IMG/VR virus record: IMGVR_UViG_3300027743_000035 | Span: 1 to 51,209 of that record | Strand: one strand, 5' to 3' | Origin: a virus | Lineage: Duplodnaviria; Caudoviricetes | Length of the DNA stretch: 51,209 bases | Shown: one piece after another, positions 19,026-28,484 of the stretch | Position numbering within the stretch: position 1 is the stretch's first letter | Layout: every line of letters starts with the position of its first letter | Position numbers and translations under genes: made by a program | The notes under the pieces: generated by a model | The model's database searches: none | The model's input: only the letters and a program-made list of their open reading frames with translations | What the model was told of the DNA's origin: nothing

Positions 19026-19348
19026 TAAGCTTCCGATTTATCTATAATTGCCACCCTAAAACTTTCATCATCTTCAAGGGCATTTGCTGTAGTAATGTGA
19101 CAAGTGCAAACATAAGCTCTGCCAACTTCCCCGCCACTTACTTCAATAAATGCTCTAGTATCTGTATAACCTTGATTGTGAATAGTTAAACCATCCTCAA
19201 CTGTCCAAAGTATAGCGTCTATAACATCAGCATCTATAAGCCAAAACTTCCACTCAATTGCATAATCTTTTCTGGCTTCAGGGTCTTTTTCAATATAATA
19301 CCCTTGTTCGTCTTTAACGAAACCTTCAGGCGGTGGAGCAGTTGCCAT
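19025..19348 (-). CDS. Putative fibre adaptor/base protein (Ig-like)
   Basis: KDPEARKDYAIEW...SGGEVGRAY...ITT pattern of small virion adaptor proteins; follows the fibre gene. Confidence 0.55.
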   Translation of the reverse strand: MATAPPPEGFVKDEQGYYIEKDPEARKDYAIEWKFWLIDADVIDAILWTVEDGLTIHNQGYTDTRAFIEVSGGEVGRAYVCTCHITTANALEDDESFRVAIIDKSEA

Positions 19349-19351
19349 AAA

Positions 19352-22300
19352 TCACCTAACAGTTATGGTTCGATTTTCAAACGGAATAATAAGCACTCTG
19401 TTTTCTTCAACAGGAATGATTAGCGGTTCTGGCTCAACTGTCAATACCCTATTTTCAAACGGAATAATCAATGCTCGTTCTGGCGGGGTATTTAATAAAC
19501 CACCACTTTCAGCAAAACTAATCTCTGGCGCATAAGTAGAAACGCCTAGCGTAATTAACTGATCAACATAACCCAAACCAGCTAAAGTTATTGCTGGCAG
19601 ATTTGCAGTAATATTTGTAGTAACAAGATCAAATGCGCCACTACCAAGTCCAACAATAGTAATTTCTGGCGGGAATGTTGACAGATTAAGCGTAGCTAGA
19701 CTATTCTTTTGGCCTAGGGTGGCTAATTCTATCGCCGCTGGCGTGGTTTCTAGCGCCTCTGAAGCTAGATCGTGCTGCTGGCCTAGCGCGGCACTGGCGA
19801 GCGCCGGGGCCGCTGTCTGAAGCCCTAGAGAAGCGATGTTATGAGTTTGGCCGATAGAGACAAGTGAAATAGCCGGAACGCCGCTAACAACAGGTAAAGT
19901 AGAAGCGCCAGATGTTGCTGATAATGATGATAGACTAATAGCCGGTATATCAGTTGCTATACCTAGTGAAATAAAGTCAGCCCTACTAAGTAAGGTTGGT
20001 TGACTAATAACAGGTATAGGTGTTGTTATATTTGTAGTGCTAAAATTAGCTGTGCTAGTAATAGCAGCAATAGTTACTACAGAAGCCGATGTAGCTAAAT
20101 TAGCAGAAGTTAACTTATGAGTTTGACCAAGGCTAGGTAGCGAAATAACAGGTGGATTAGTTGCAACAATTAACGGGTCAAGTCCAACAGTTGACCCCAT
20201 GCCAGTTTTAGAAATAACGGCAGCGGCAGTTTCAACAGGAATTGTAGTAATATTATGAGTTTGAGCAATAGCCGGTGCGCTTAAGAAAGGCGCAGTAGTA
20301 GCTACAGCCAAAGCAGTTAATACACCAAATACCACCATTGCAGCTTGAGCAATAGCCGGAATTGGAGTATTAAGATTAGCCGCGCTTATATTGTGTTTTT
20401 GTCCAATAGCCGCCGATGTAATAGCCGGTGGAGTAGTGGTAACTGAATTTGCAGTTAAATTAGCTATTGATACAATTGATGCAGTTGATATAGCAGGTGC
20501 CGATGTTCCCACATTGATTGTAGCAATATTATGCTTTTGGCCGAGTGTGGGCAACGATACAGCCGGGGCCGATGTTACAATATTTATTGAGCTTAATAAT
20601 GCTTTACTAGTGAAAACCGACAGGCTAATTGCCGGTGCCGATGTTACTATATTTGTTGAAGCTAAGTTAGTTGCCAACAAAGCTAGAGCAGATTGTGAAA
20701 TGACGGGAACAGGAGTTGCTATATTTATTGTATTTAGAGCAACAGTTTTGTTAAATACAGCTTGTGATATAACAGGGATAGGAGTTGTTATATCAAATGT
20801 AGCCAGATTATGTTTTTGTCCAACAGTTACCGCATTTATTAACGGAGCCGAAGTAGTGATATTTATATTAGAAAGGCTATGTTTTTGGCTTATTGTTGGC
20901 GCTGTAATTGCTGGCGCTGAAGTAGCTAGATTTGTTGAAGCTAATACATGGCTTTGACCAACTGTAACAATACTAACGGCTGGCGCAGTAGTGGCAAGAT
21001 TTAAATTAAGTAAGGCGTGTGTCTGGCCGAGCGCCGCCGCACTGATCGCCGGGGCAGGAGTAGTTATATTAAGAGCAGTAAAATTATATGCTACAATTTG
21101 ACCAGCAGCAGCCAGAGTAATTTCAGGAACATATGCAACAGTAACTTGCTTTAAAACTCTAAAATAATCTACTTCAGCAAAACTACTAGAATTACCACCT
21201 AATGAAATGCTATCTGTTGCGTTACTATCTCTAGTATGAATAGCATCATAAATTTTAAAACCATCATTAGGGGTTTCACTAGTGCTTGTTATAGTATATA
21301 ATACTTGATCGCCAAGTCTAATAGTAATATTGGCTGTGCCGGGAGCCGCAACCTTACGCGCTTTAAATTGAACTTTAACACTTTCGCCAGCTACACCGCC
21401 TGAATTTTGTGAAATACCACCATTAGCAACACTACAAGTAAATCCGTAAACACCAGCAGTTATATAAGGTGCAGTAGCGCCACCAGTGCGAACACTAGTT
21501 GGCGTCCAACCTACAGGAGCCGCGCCAGCGCCATCTAACGGCGCATCCATTTCAGGATTAGTGTGAGTTTCTTGCCAAACTTGAAATGAGCTAGAAACAT
21601 CTTGGGTAACTAAACCATGTGCTGTAGTAATAGCCGCTTGACTAATTGAAGGCGCACTAGTTGTTATATTAGTAGAAGTTAAAGCATCAGCGGGTGGGTC
21701 GTCATTCCAAACTACAATATTATAGGCAACCCAATCTTCAGTTGCACGAGTAAATACGCCGGGATTTTCAGCAGCAGCGTTTGCAAAACCATTTATTGTT
21801 TTATCAGCACTACCAATAGTGCAACCATTAGCAGCATTGCTAATAGTGCTAACTTGATGATTAGCATAACCGCTTGGCGCAGCAGTTGATGAAGTTATAG
21901 TATCGCCAGCAAAAAAGACATTAAAAAGAGCATCTACAGCGGCACCAGTAGCATTACTTATACTCGGTGGGTCAGGATTAGTTGAAGAACCTTTTGCCGG
22001 TGTAGGATAAGCTAAATTTATTACTTTACCAGTGCTAGGTCGTATTCTAAGAGCTTGAACAACAATAGCTTCAGAAACACTTAAATTTATTGTTAAAGCC
22101 GGAATAGTATTAGCAGTTGTGACAATAAATCTAGCAAAAGCAGCTTTACAAGCATTTGTATTATCTGCTACTTGACTTGGTATAAGCCAACCGTCAGCCG
22201 CCGATGTTCCACCTAAACTTAAAGTTGGGTTGCCATCAGTAGCAATATATATTATAATTACATCGTTAGGTAATGCGCCGCTTGCCAGCGTAGCCAAACT

Positions 22301-22369
22301 AGGGGTATAAGCGGTCGTCCCGGCATTACCAGCTATGGCAGTCCATAAATTTCTAGTTGGCGCAACCAC
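19352..22369 (-). CDS. Long repetitive virion fibre/rod protein with about 25 repeats of 23 aa and globular N-terminal and inserted domains
   Basis: Tandem repeats such as NFTALNITTPAPAISAAALGQTH; C-terminal LIIPFENR repeats. Confidence 0.7.
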   Translation of the reverse strand: MVAPTRNLWTAIAGNAGTTAYTPSLATLASGALPNDVIIIYIATDGNPTLSLGGTSAADGWLIPSQVADNTNACKAAFARFIVTTANTIPALTINLSVSEAIVVQALRIRPSTGKVINLAYPTPAKGSSTNPDPPSISNATGAAVDALFNVFFAGDTITSSTAAPSGYANHQVSTISNAANGCTIGSADKTINGFANAAAENPGVFTRATEDWVAYNIVVWNDDPPADALTSTNITTSAPSISQAAITTAHGLVTQDVSSSFQVWQETHTNPEMDAPLDGAGAAPVGWTPTSVRTGGATAPYITAGVYGFTCSVANGGISQNSGGVAGESVKVQFKARKVAAPGTANITIRLGDQVLYTITSTSETPNDGFKIYDAIHTRDSNATDSISLGGNSSSFAEVDYFRVLKQVTVAYVPEITLAAAGQIVAYNFTALNITTPAPAISAAALGQTHALLNLNLATTAPAVSIVTVGQSHVLASTNLATSAPAITAPTISQKHSLSNINITTSAPLINAVTVGQKHNLATFDITTPIPVISQAVFNKTVALNTINIATPVPVISQSALALLATNLASTNIVTSAPAISLSVFTSKALLSSINIVTSAPAVSLPTLGQKHNIATINVGTSAPAISTASIVSIANLTANSVTTTPPAITSAAIGQKHNISAANLNTPIPAIAQAAMVVFGVLTALAVATTAPFLSAPAIAQTHNITTIPVETAAAVISKTGMGSTVGLDPLIVATNPPVISLPSLGQTHKLTSANLATSASVVTIAAITSTANFSTTNITTPIPVISQPTLLSRADFISLGIATDIPAISLSSLSATSGASTLPVVSGVPAISLVSIGQTHNIASLGLQTAAPALASAALGQQHDLASEALETTPAAIELATLGQKNSLATLNLSTFPPEITIVGLGSGAFDLVTTNITANLPAITLAGLGYVDQLITLGVSTYAPEISFAESGGLLNTPPERALIIPFENRVLTVEPEPLIIPVEENRVLIIPFENRTITVR
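19500..21085 (-). repeat. 23 tandem ~69-bp (23-aa) coding repeats
   Basis: Consensus xLxxxN(I/L)xTxxPx(I/V)SxxxxGQxH, counted by eye in the translation. Confidence 0.85.
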
Positions 22370-22385
22370 CGATTAGCCTTTATAA

Positions 22386-22418
22386 TAAAAAAGGGCGAGC
22401 CAAACAGCCCGCCCTTTT
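22386..22418 (-). terminator. Terminator between the 128-aa subunit gene and the 1005-aa rod gene
   Basis: AAAAGGGCGGGC-loop-GCTCGCCCTTTTTT on the minus strand. Confidence 0.75.
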
Positions 22419-22434
22419 AAACAGCGGGCGATTA

Positions 22435-22821
22435 TTAGCCAGCTAGATTTGGCAGACGAACAGTTTGTGCCGTTAGCGTAAAGATGTTACCGCTAGTAAC
22501 GCCCTGTGAGGCGCTAAGAGCTTGTGCAACCTCTAGCCGTGACGCGGTGCTATTCACTACGCTATTGTGGCTAGCCGTGCCTGTAGCCGTTACAGAGCCA
22601 TCGGTAACAGCCGCGCTAACAACTTGGCGTCCACTTGGCGAACCAGCAGCAATAGCAGCCGGATATACGTTACCAGCGCCAAAAACTTTGTTACCAAGCG
22701 CCACAGTTGATGTAGCTGCTGTGTAAGTAGCCGGTTCGGAGCTATTAATATAAACCCCGGTTGCGCCAGCTTTCAAGGCCGCTAGGCCGTTGTCAAGTGT
22801 ATTATTGTCAAGATACGGCAT
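22435..22821 (-). CDS. Small virion structural protein, putative fibre subunit
   Basis: 128 aa, A/S/T/G-rich and beta-type (VTATGTASH...GNIFTL); strong RBS. Confidence 0.6.
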   Translation of the reverse strand: MPYLDNNTLDNGLAALKAGATGVYINSSEPATYTAATSTVALGNKVFGAGNVYPAAIAAGSPSGRQVVSAAVTDGSVTATGTASHNSVVNSTASRLEVAQALSASQGVTSGNIFTLTAQTVRLPNLAG

Positions 22822-22846
22822 TACACTTCCCTTTCTAGCCTAAAGC

Positions 22847-23293
22847 CTATTCAGCTTGGTTTTCACAATATTCAACAGCTTCTTCTTCGGTTGCCCGCGT
22901 TCCGACTTCTTCCCATTTATAATCATAAGCTACACGATTATCGCCATGCTCGCCAGCTTCAGCAGCTTCACGCACATGACTAGGAACAAAGTGTGGGTTA
23001 GGTTCCCCGTCAATTTCTTCATCTTCAGAGTTAATCGGAGTTTTCTTATAGATATAGAAAACCCGCTTACCTTCAACAGTATTACCGCCCCAATCAAGGT
23101 AAGTAAATTCTTTACCAATTGCAATTACTTTACCGTCAGCATCGCGCAGACCCGGCCTATAATGTGGAGCCGTATTTTCATCATCTAGCAATTCTTCAGT
23201 TGCCATATCAGTAATACGGGGTGGGCCGGGTTCAATGCGATAGTTGCCCACATCAATAATGGCGGTATTTTCTTCATGCCGAATTACAGTCAT
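22847..23293 (-). CDS. Hypothetical protein (acidic)
   Basis: 148-aa ORF abutting the portal stop codon. Confidence 0.7.
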   Translation of the reverse strand: MTVIRHEENTAIIDVGNYRIEPGPPRITDMATEELLDDENTAPHYRPGLRDADGKVIAIGKEFTYLDWGGNTVEGKRVFYIYKKTPINSEDEEIDGEPNPHFVPSHVREAAEAGEHGDNRVAYDYKWEEVGTRATEEEAVEYCENQAE

Positions 23294-24811
23294 TTACTTA
23301 TCCTTTTCCTCTATTGGTTTTTCGGTTCCTTTGTCTTTAGGTTCGGGTATAGGTTTATCCTCACCTATTGGCGCTGCAACTGGCGGTGGCATTGCCGGGG
23401 CCGCGTCAATCCTTGCTTGTTCATCTTCAAAGCTAATTTCAGCATCAATTAGATCGCCACGCTTCATTAGATCAAAGAAGCTTTCAGACGACAATTGAGC
23501 CGCTTGAACAGCCGCAAGTAGTGAAGTAAGAGCCTGTGGAGACATTGGAAATGGCATGAAGTCACGATTAATGTCAAATTTAATATTATCTTCTGTAACA
23601 GGAACACCAGCCCATTCAGCGAATACCTTTAGGGCTTTAGTTAATCCTTCAGAAACGGCAACAGCAATTGCTGCTAAAATAGAGTTTTCGCCAGCATGGC
23701 GCATAGCAACAGTTTCAGCCGCTTCAACACCTGTTTTCTCTGGCGTCAGCATTTTAGCGCCGATAGCCGCCATTTGAGCTTCTTTTTTATCTAAATTGTC
23801 TGTTAGAGCTTTAAGCCCCTGCCCATTAAATTCTAAATAGCCAACTTCAGCACCAGCGGGAAGCATCCAAGCTGTCATTGACCCAATATATAATTTAGGC
23901 CAAATAGGCGAGCCATCAGCCGCGAAGCTCTGTGGAGTTGCGCCAGCAATCCAAGGTGTAGGAAGGCCGGTCATGTGGCAACCATGTTCAAAGTCAGCAC
24001 TAACTTGAAAGTGCTTTATATTTAAATCTACCAAGTCAATCAAAACCGGCTCTGATAATTCAGGTTCGCCACCGTCAGGGCCAATGAAATAAAATGGTAT
24101 ATACTGCATCGGCTGGCCGTTCATAGTTGGGTAAATATCCCAACCAATTTGGCTCTCGTTTTCTTCTATAAAGCGCCGCACTCTATAGTGACCATTAATT
24201 AAATCTAACACACGAATAACGGCAAACTTTTTATCTTTAAATTCAGTTTCAACTTCAGTGTGTTGTTCCCAAAGCCGCACTTGTGTTAGAGTATAATGGT
24301 TATTAATAAATTCATAGCGCCAGTTAATTATTTGTTCCGCTTTATACATAACCATTGACGGACGCAAACCCATGACTTCAGCCTGTGCCATTGTAATAGC
24401 TGTGCCATCGGGATTTGTAATATTACCATTTGGATAATCAACTAAAACGCCAACCCGACTAACCATTATATCTTCTAATGCAACATCTTGAGCGAAGTTG
24501 TCAAAACTAACGCCAGACATAGTTACATCGTCAAGTAGTTTTTGTAATTTATCTGGATATGTTTTAGCTGGCGGCTTACGAAACATCATGCCGATGAAAG
24601 CGGCCATTGTGCGCCAAGTTGCATTAAAAAATGGCGTTCTCTCTTGACGCTTCTTATATTCAGGGTCAGTTTCTTCAGCCAGTTTAGCTAAATAAAGAGT
24701 AGTGCCAAAGTAAATATTATCTTGACCAGCTACAACATCACGACACCGACGCCATTTTTGCGAGAAAAGATCGTAGTCTGAGTGCCGGGTTTTGACGCCA
24801 TTTGCTGCCAT
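23294..24811 (-). CDS. Portal protein (DUF4055-type)
   Basis: Follows the terminase; YKKRQERTPFFNATWRT, LVDYP, LNIKHFQVSAD and MAAIGAKML. Confidence 0.92.
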   Translation of the reverse strand: MAANGVKTRHSDYDLFSQKWRRCRDVVAGQDNIYFGTTLYLAKLAEETDPEYKKRQERTPFFNATWRTMAAFIGMMFRKPPAKTYPDKLQKLLDDVTMSGVSFDNFAQDVALEDIMVSRVGVLVDYPNGNITNPDGTAITMAQAEVMGLRPSMVMYKAEQIINWRYEFINNHYTLTQVRLWEQHTEVETEFKDKKFAVIRVLDLINGHYRVRRFIEENESQIGWDIYPTMNGQPMQYIPFYFIGPDGGEPELSEPVLIDLVDLNIKHFQVSADFEHGCHMTGLPTPWIAGATPQSFAADGSPIWPKLYIGSMTAWMLPAGAEVGYLEFNGQGLKALTDNLDKKEAQMAAIGAKMLTPEKTGVEAAETVAMRHAGENSILAAIAVAVSEGLTKALKVFAEWAGVPVTEDNIKFDINRDFMPFPMSPQALTSLLAAVQAAQLSSESFFDLMKRGDLIDAEISFEDEQARIDAAPAMPPPVAAPIGEDKPIPEPKDKGTEKPIEEKDK

Positions 24812-26106
24812 TATACACCGCCCACCTTAGACTTTATAACTCGGCCATTTACAACCGGGTAACGGTGATTGATAAAATAGCCGCCCGCATCGTTAGGATG
24901 GTCAAAGCCGCTAGTTTTATCTGGCTCGCCGTTCTTGTCATATGCTTGCTTTTCTAGCGCCTCTGCGAACATAGGGCAAGCGGTATCGTTGACATAAAGC
25001 TTACCTCTACTGCTACCCTCTAACATCATATTCATACTTAATATCCTGTCTTTAACTCTTGGGTTAGACAGGTTATTTAGAACAATGAAATTGGCTTGTT
25101 GCAATAAAGCAATATCTGAAACACTAGCCATATTACTATGTCGGCCAGAGCCAGTAGCATCAGGATATATAAAAATTGGGTGGCTAGGAAAGCGAGCTTT
25201 AATAGCATTAATCATGGCTGGCGTATCAAGCAAACCTGTTAGCTCTGCGCCAGCGTGAGGATTGTTGTCCCTTTGCATAAATACTATCGCGGCCATCTTT
25301 CCCACATTAAAGTCCATGCCGATGTGTAAAGCTTCGCCGGGTGAAGGTAACGCTGTTGAGCGGTTAGCATACCTATCATAATTAACGTAAATAGAGCCAG
25401 CAGTTAAGTTAACAAACTCGCCATCAATATACGCGGCAATTAGGTTACTTGGGTAATCCGCCAACAAGTCAGGAATATAATTTTCTGGCAAGTTGTGGGC
25501 ATTAGAGTAAGTGCTAGCTTTAATTAATTCATATTCATCATTAGGCGGGTTTTTCTTCCACCTATCATATGTAAACTTAAATCCTTCAGGTGTAGTGCCA
25601 ACTGCTACAGTGTTGTTGCCACCGCCTTTCTTTTTCTGTCGGTTGCGGCCTATGATCTTACGCCAGACCATTGCTGCATCGTCAGGCTTTAAAGTATCTA
25701 ATTCGTCAACCAAACTATCAGCGACTTCATAGCCAATAATACGTTGCGGTCTATCCATTGTTCTCATAATGATTTGACCAGCGCCGAATATCTTTATCAT
25801 TGGCGTTTGGCTTCTTACTGTTTTATAATCTTTTCCTTCTATCATTCCAAACATTTGTAGAGCATCTTCAAAACGCGGAAATGCAATTGTATTAATAAGA
25901 TCATAAGTAGGGGCGTAATAAGCAATGTTACATTCAGGATTTTCAAATTTTAATTTAAATCCCCTAGTTATCAATCCTTCCGTTTTGCCAGCACCAAACC
26001 CGGCAACCATAGCCGGGTAGCGTTTTAATGACGTAACCAACCTAAACTGTGGTTCGGTTAGTAGCCGGGTTTCAGCACCTATAAAGTTACTCTGGCTTTG
26101 GTTCAT
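24811..26106 (-). CDS. terL: Terminase large subunit
   Basis: Walker A AGFGAGKT, Walker B LVDE, coupling motif GTTPEG, nuclease motifs GMDFN and DHPNDA. Confidence 0.95.
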   Translation of the reverse strand: MNQSQSNFIGAETRLLTEPQFRLVTSLKRYPAMVAGFGAGKTEGLITRGFKLKFENPECNIAYYAPTYDLINTIAFPRFEDALQMFGMIEGKDYKTVRSQTPMIKIFGAGQIIMRTMDRPQRIIGYEVADSLVDELDTLKPDDAAMVWRKIIGRNRQKKKGGGNNTVAVGTTPEGFKFTYDRWKKNPPNDEYELIKASTYSNAHNLPENYIPDLLADYPSNLIAAYIDGEFVNLTAGSIYVNYDRYANRSTALPSPGEALHIGMDFNVGKMAAIVFMQRDNNPHAGAELTGLLDTPAMINAIKARFPSHPIFIYPDATGSGRHSNMASVSDIALLQQANFIVLNNLSNPRVKDRILSMNMMLEGSSRGKLYVNDTACPMFAEALEKQAYDKNGEPDKTSGFDHPNDAGGYFINHRYPVVNGRVIKSKVGGV

Positions 26107-26557
26107 TTGGCGTAGCCACTACGCCGGGATGAATGGCAAAGTTGAACACTGGCAAGCGCCGTTTGCCACTACCATCATCGCTGCCAGCATCATCATCTAT
26201 CTCGTTCTGCATACGCGCATGAAGCTCTATAGCCTTTAGCCGCTCACGCACTGGAGTTTTCTCGTCATTATATAGAGCTTCCAATTTCGCCAGCTTTTGT
26301 AGTTTCGTTTCAGGCGGCTTTACTTCTTCGCCGCCATTAAGCCTAGCTTGCCTGATACGCTCTATAATGTCAAGATCATGTGACCATATTTGTGCCGCTT
26401 GATTAGACCGCATTATAGGGTCGCGTAAGTGTTTAAACACTACGCCAGTAACTTCAAACGGTGAATGGTCAGGATAGCGGGCCGATAATTCAACAAAGCG
26501 AGCAATTAGCTCGGCTTCATCTTCATCGTCAAAGATAGGAACCGGACTTTCCCACAT
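26087..26557 (-). CDS. Probable terminase small subunit
   Basis: Helical 156-aa ORF overlapping the terL start; RLKAIELHARM. Confidence 0.55.
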   Translation of the reverse strand: MWESPVPIFDDEDEAELIARFVELSARYPDHSPFEVTGVVFKHLRDPIMRSNQAAQIWSHDLDIIERIRQARLNGGEEVKPPETKLQKLAKLEALYNDEKTPVRERLKAIELHARMQNEIDDDAGSDDGSGKRRLPVFNFAIHPGVVATPNEPKPE

Positions 26558-26613
26558 GACTAGTAATCCTATCTGGCATTAACCGGCAACGCAACAGAAA
26601 GGTTCATTAACAT

Positions 26614-26645
26614 AAAAATAGGGGCGACCGCTAGAGCCGCCCCTA
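26614..26645 (-). terminator. Rho-independent terminator
   Basis: TAGGGGCGGC-loop-GTCGCCCCTA followed by TTTTT. Confidence 0.75.
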
Positions 26646-26672
26646 CTCTCATTGCCCCCTACGGACGGTCAA

Positions 26673-27056
26673 TTAGGACTTGGGCGCTGCCGTTGGCGGA
26701 AGCTCCTGATCGGGCTTCTCAGGCGCGTCAGGAAGCTCGTTGCCCGCTTCCGGCTGTTCACCGGGCAAGGCGTTGTCAGCCGTTCCGCCGCCGCCTTCTG
26801 GAAGCTCCTGATCGGGGTAGAGCGTGTTACGAATTTCCTCAAGCTTTTCCTTTAGCTCGTCACGCGCTTGGCTTGGCAATTCATTGTCAGGAATTTCGTC
26901 AATAATGCCGCCAGTTGCGATAGCCAAAGTTGAAGTGCTTGCAACCAAAGCATTGTTGCCATCTTCGCCAGCATATACAGCCACTTCATCAATTGACTTG
27001 ACTAGTGCTTCAAGCGTTGCAGCAATCTTTTCATTCTTTCCATAGGCTTTACCCAT
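26673..27056 (-). CDS. Hypothetical acidic protein with PDxELP-type repeats
   Basis: Start reassigned to MGKAYG (AAGGA RBS). Confidence 0.7.
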   Translation of the reverse strand: MGKAYGKNEKIAATLEALVKSIDEVAVYAGEDGNNALVASTSTLAIATGGIIDEIPDNELPSQARDELKEKLEEIRNTLYPDQELPEGGGGTADNALPGEQPEAGNELPDAPEKPDQELPPTAAPKS

Positions 27057-27218
27057 TAGTATTATCCTTTTTAATTTATATAGGCCGTAGGTCAAGATAG
27101 GAGTTGGTGTATTAAAGATATTTAGTTTCTTTAATGTCCAACGTGCCAATGTTCGTATTAAAATATAAATACCAAATTTGACGCCCATCCTGTCCAAAGC
27201 TTGTAGCGGAGCTTTTGA

Positions 27219-27260
27219 CAAAAGAAAAGCCCTGCCGCTCACATGGGCGACAGGGCTTCC
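27219..27260 (-). terminator. Rho-independent terminator, preceded by a second hairpin at about 27288-27318
   Basis: AAGCCCTG...CAGGGCTT followed by TTCTTTT; upstream inverted repeat ATTAGCTAGCT/AGCTAGCTAAT. Confidence 0.7.
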
Positions 27261-27321
27261 CTGACAGTGCGCGTATGCGCTCTGCAATTAGCTAGCTGCC
27301 ATCGAAAGCTAGCTAATCTCT

Positions 27322-27978
27322 TTAGGCCGTGCGCCAGACACGAGCGCCGGGGCCTTTCGGGTCGTCGGCATTTACCGCTTTAACGGTAAAGTCACGAACA
27401 ACCTTCATTTTAGGCCGCGTAACCGATACTTCCGTATCAACCACACGCTTGCCATCAACCTTCAAGAATTGCCCATCTTCGCCCTTCTTGTAGGTCTTTT
27501 GGCTAACAGTTTCCTGTTCGCCAGTAGCTTCAGCATAGCGAGCGCGAGCGCCGCTAACCGAAGATTGCAAACGAGCCGCAACGTCAGCCGGTTCCTCACC
27601 ATCCTTAACAGCCACATGGAACGACTGATTGATGTTGAGATTTTCAAACGGATAGCCGCCAGTGCGACCACGGCGAGCCGTGCTAGTGGGAATGGGGATA
27701 TTATCCTCAATCTCATAGCTAGTCGCGGAGTTGCCGCTAGAAGCCAGCGCCGCCTTGCCCGCTTCAGTCAGCGTGATCTTGGCCGTGCCGCCATCACCAC
27801 TTACAGAAGTGTCAACAACAGCATAGCCGCTATTAACAAGGTCAAGCCCTTCCTCTTGCGTCAGCATAAGGCCATCGTCGCCCGCCGCTGAAATCATCGC
27901 CAAAAGGTCAGCACCGCGAGCCGTAATGGGTTCACGCTGCGTTTCCGCTGGCACTTCAATCTTTTCTTGCTTCGCCAT
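27322..27978 (-). CDS. Putative DNA-binding protein (IEDNIPIP...YPF...SF family) with an N-terminal wHTH-like region
   Basis: EIEDNIPIP..RRGRTGGYPFENLNINQSFHV...GARVWRT; own promoter, RBS (GGAAG) and terminator. Confidence 0.65.
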   Translation of the reverse strand: MAKQEKIEVPAETQREPITARGADLLAMISAAGDDGLMLTQEEGLDLVNSGYAVVDTSVSGDGGTAKITLTEAGKAALASSGNSATSYEIEDNIPIPTSTARRGRTGGYPFENLNINQSFHVAVKDGEEPADVAARLQSSVSGARARYAEATGEQETVSQKTYKKGEDGQFLKVDGKRVVDTEVSVTRPKMKVVRDFTVKAVNADDPKGPGARVWRTA

Positions 27979-28018
27979 AAATCTTCCTTTTCTCGCCCGG
28001 TTTCGTTTGGACAACTCT

Positions 28019-28047
28019 TACTTAGACAGCGCCAAAAACAATGTCAA
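28019..28047 (-). promoter_or_regulatory. sigma70-type promoter
   Basis: TTGACA-17-TAAGTA. Confidence 0.6.
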
Positions 28048-28076
28048 CAAGAAAAATGCGTTAGCCAGAAACTTTT

Positions 28077-28355
28077 TTACCCCAAGCCTTTTGACGGTGG
28101 AACGCCAGTGCCTTGCTCTTGCGCTAAATCTTCATCGGGTAGCGGATAATGCCGCGCCGCTGGCGACAAGTGAAGCTCGGTTAAAGGGTCAGGCTGCACC
28201 GCTTCTGTAAAATCAGTATCACAAGTTGCAGCAGCCAAGGCCATTATAATAAATTCAGCCTTTTCCTCAGTAACACAATCAGCAATTAAGATAGGCGGCG
28301 TATCGCTAAGATTTTTGAAATAAATAGCCTTACCGCTCCGATAGTAACCAGCCAT
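28077..28355 (-). CDS. Hypothetical protein
   Basis: Start reassigned to MAGYY (GAAAGG RBS). Confidence 0.6.
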   Translation of the reverse strand: MAGYYRSGKAIYFKNLSDTPPILIADCVTEEKAEFIIMALAAATCDTDFTEAVQPDPLTELHLSPAARHYPLPDEDLAQEQGTGVPPSKGLG

Positions 28356-28404
28356 TTCAATTCCTTTCGCTAGCACCGTGCGCGAATACTCCATACTTGT
28401 CAAG

Positions 28405-28478
28405 TGGTTCCCCGCCGTGGATTTGAACCACGATTGACGCCTTCAAAGGGCGTAGTCCTACCTTTAGACGAACGGGGA
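28405..28478 (-). tRNA. tRNA-Gln (anticodon UUG), CCA encoded
   Basis: Folds as TCCCCGT acceptor stem paired with GCGGGGA-A-CCA, ACGCC-CT-TTG-AA-GGCGT anticodon arm, and CGTGG-TTCAAAT-CCACG T arm. Confidence 0.95.
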
Positions 28479-28484
28479 GCGAGC

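Noticed and set aside
28405-28478. Suppressor tRNA or alternative genetic code
   Set aside because: The anticodon is UUG (Gln), and the hallmark genes are full length under the standard bacterial code.
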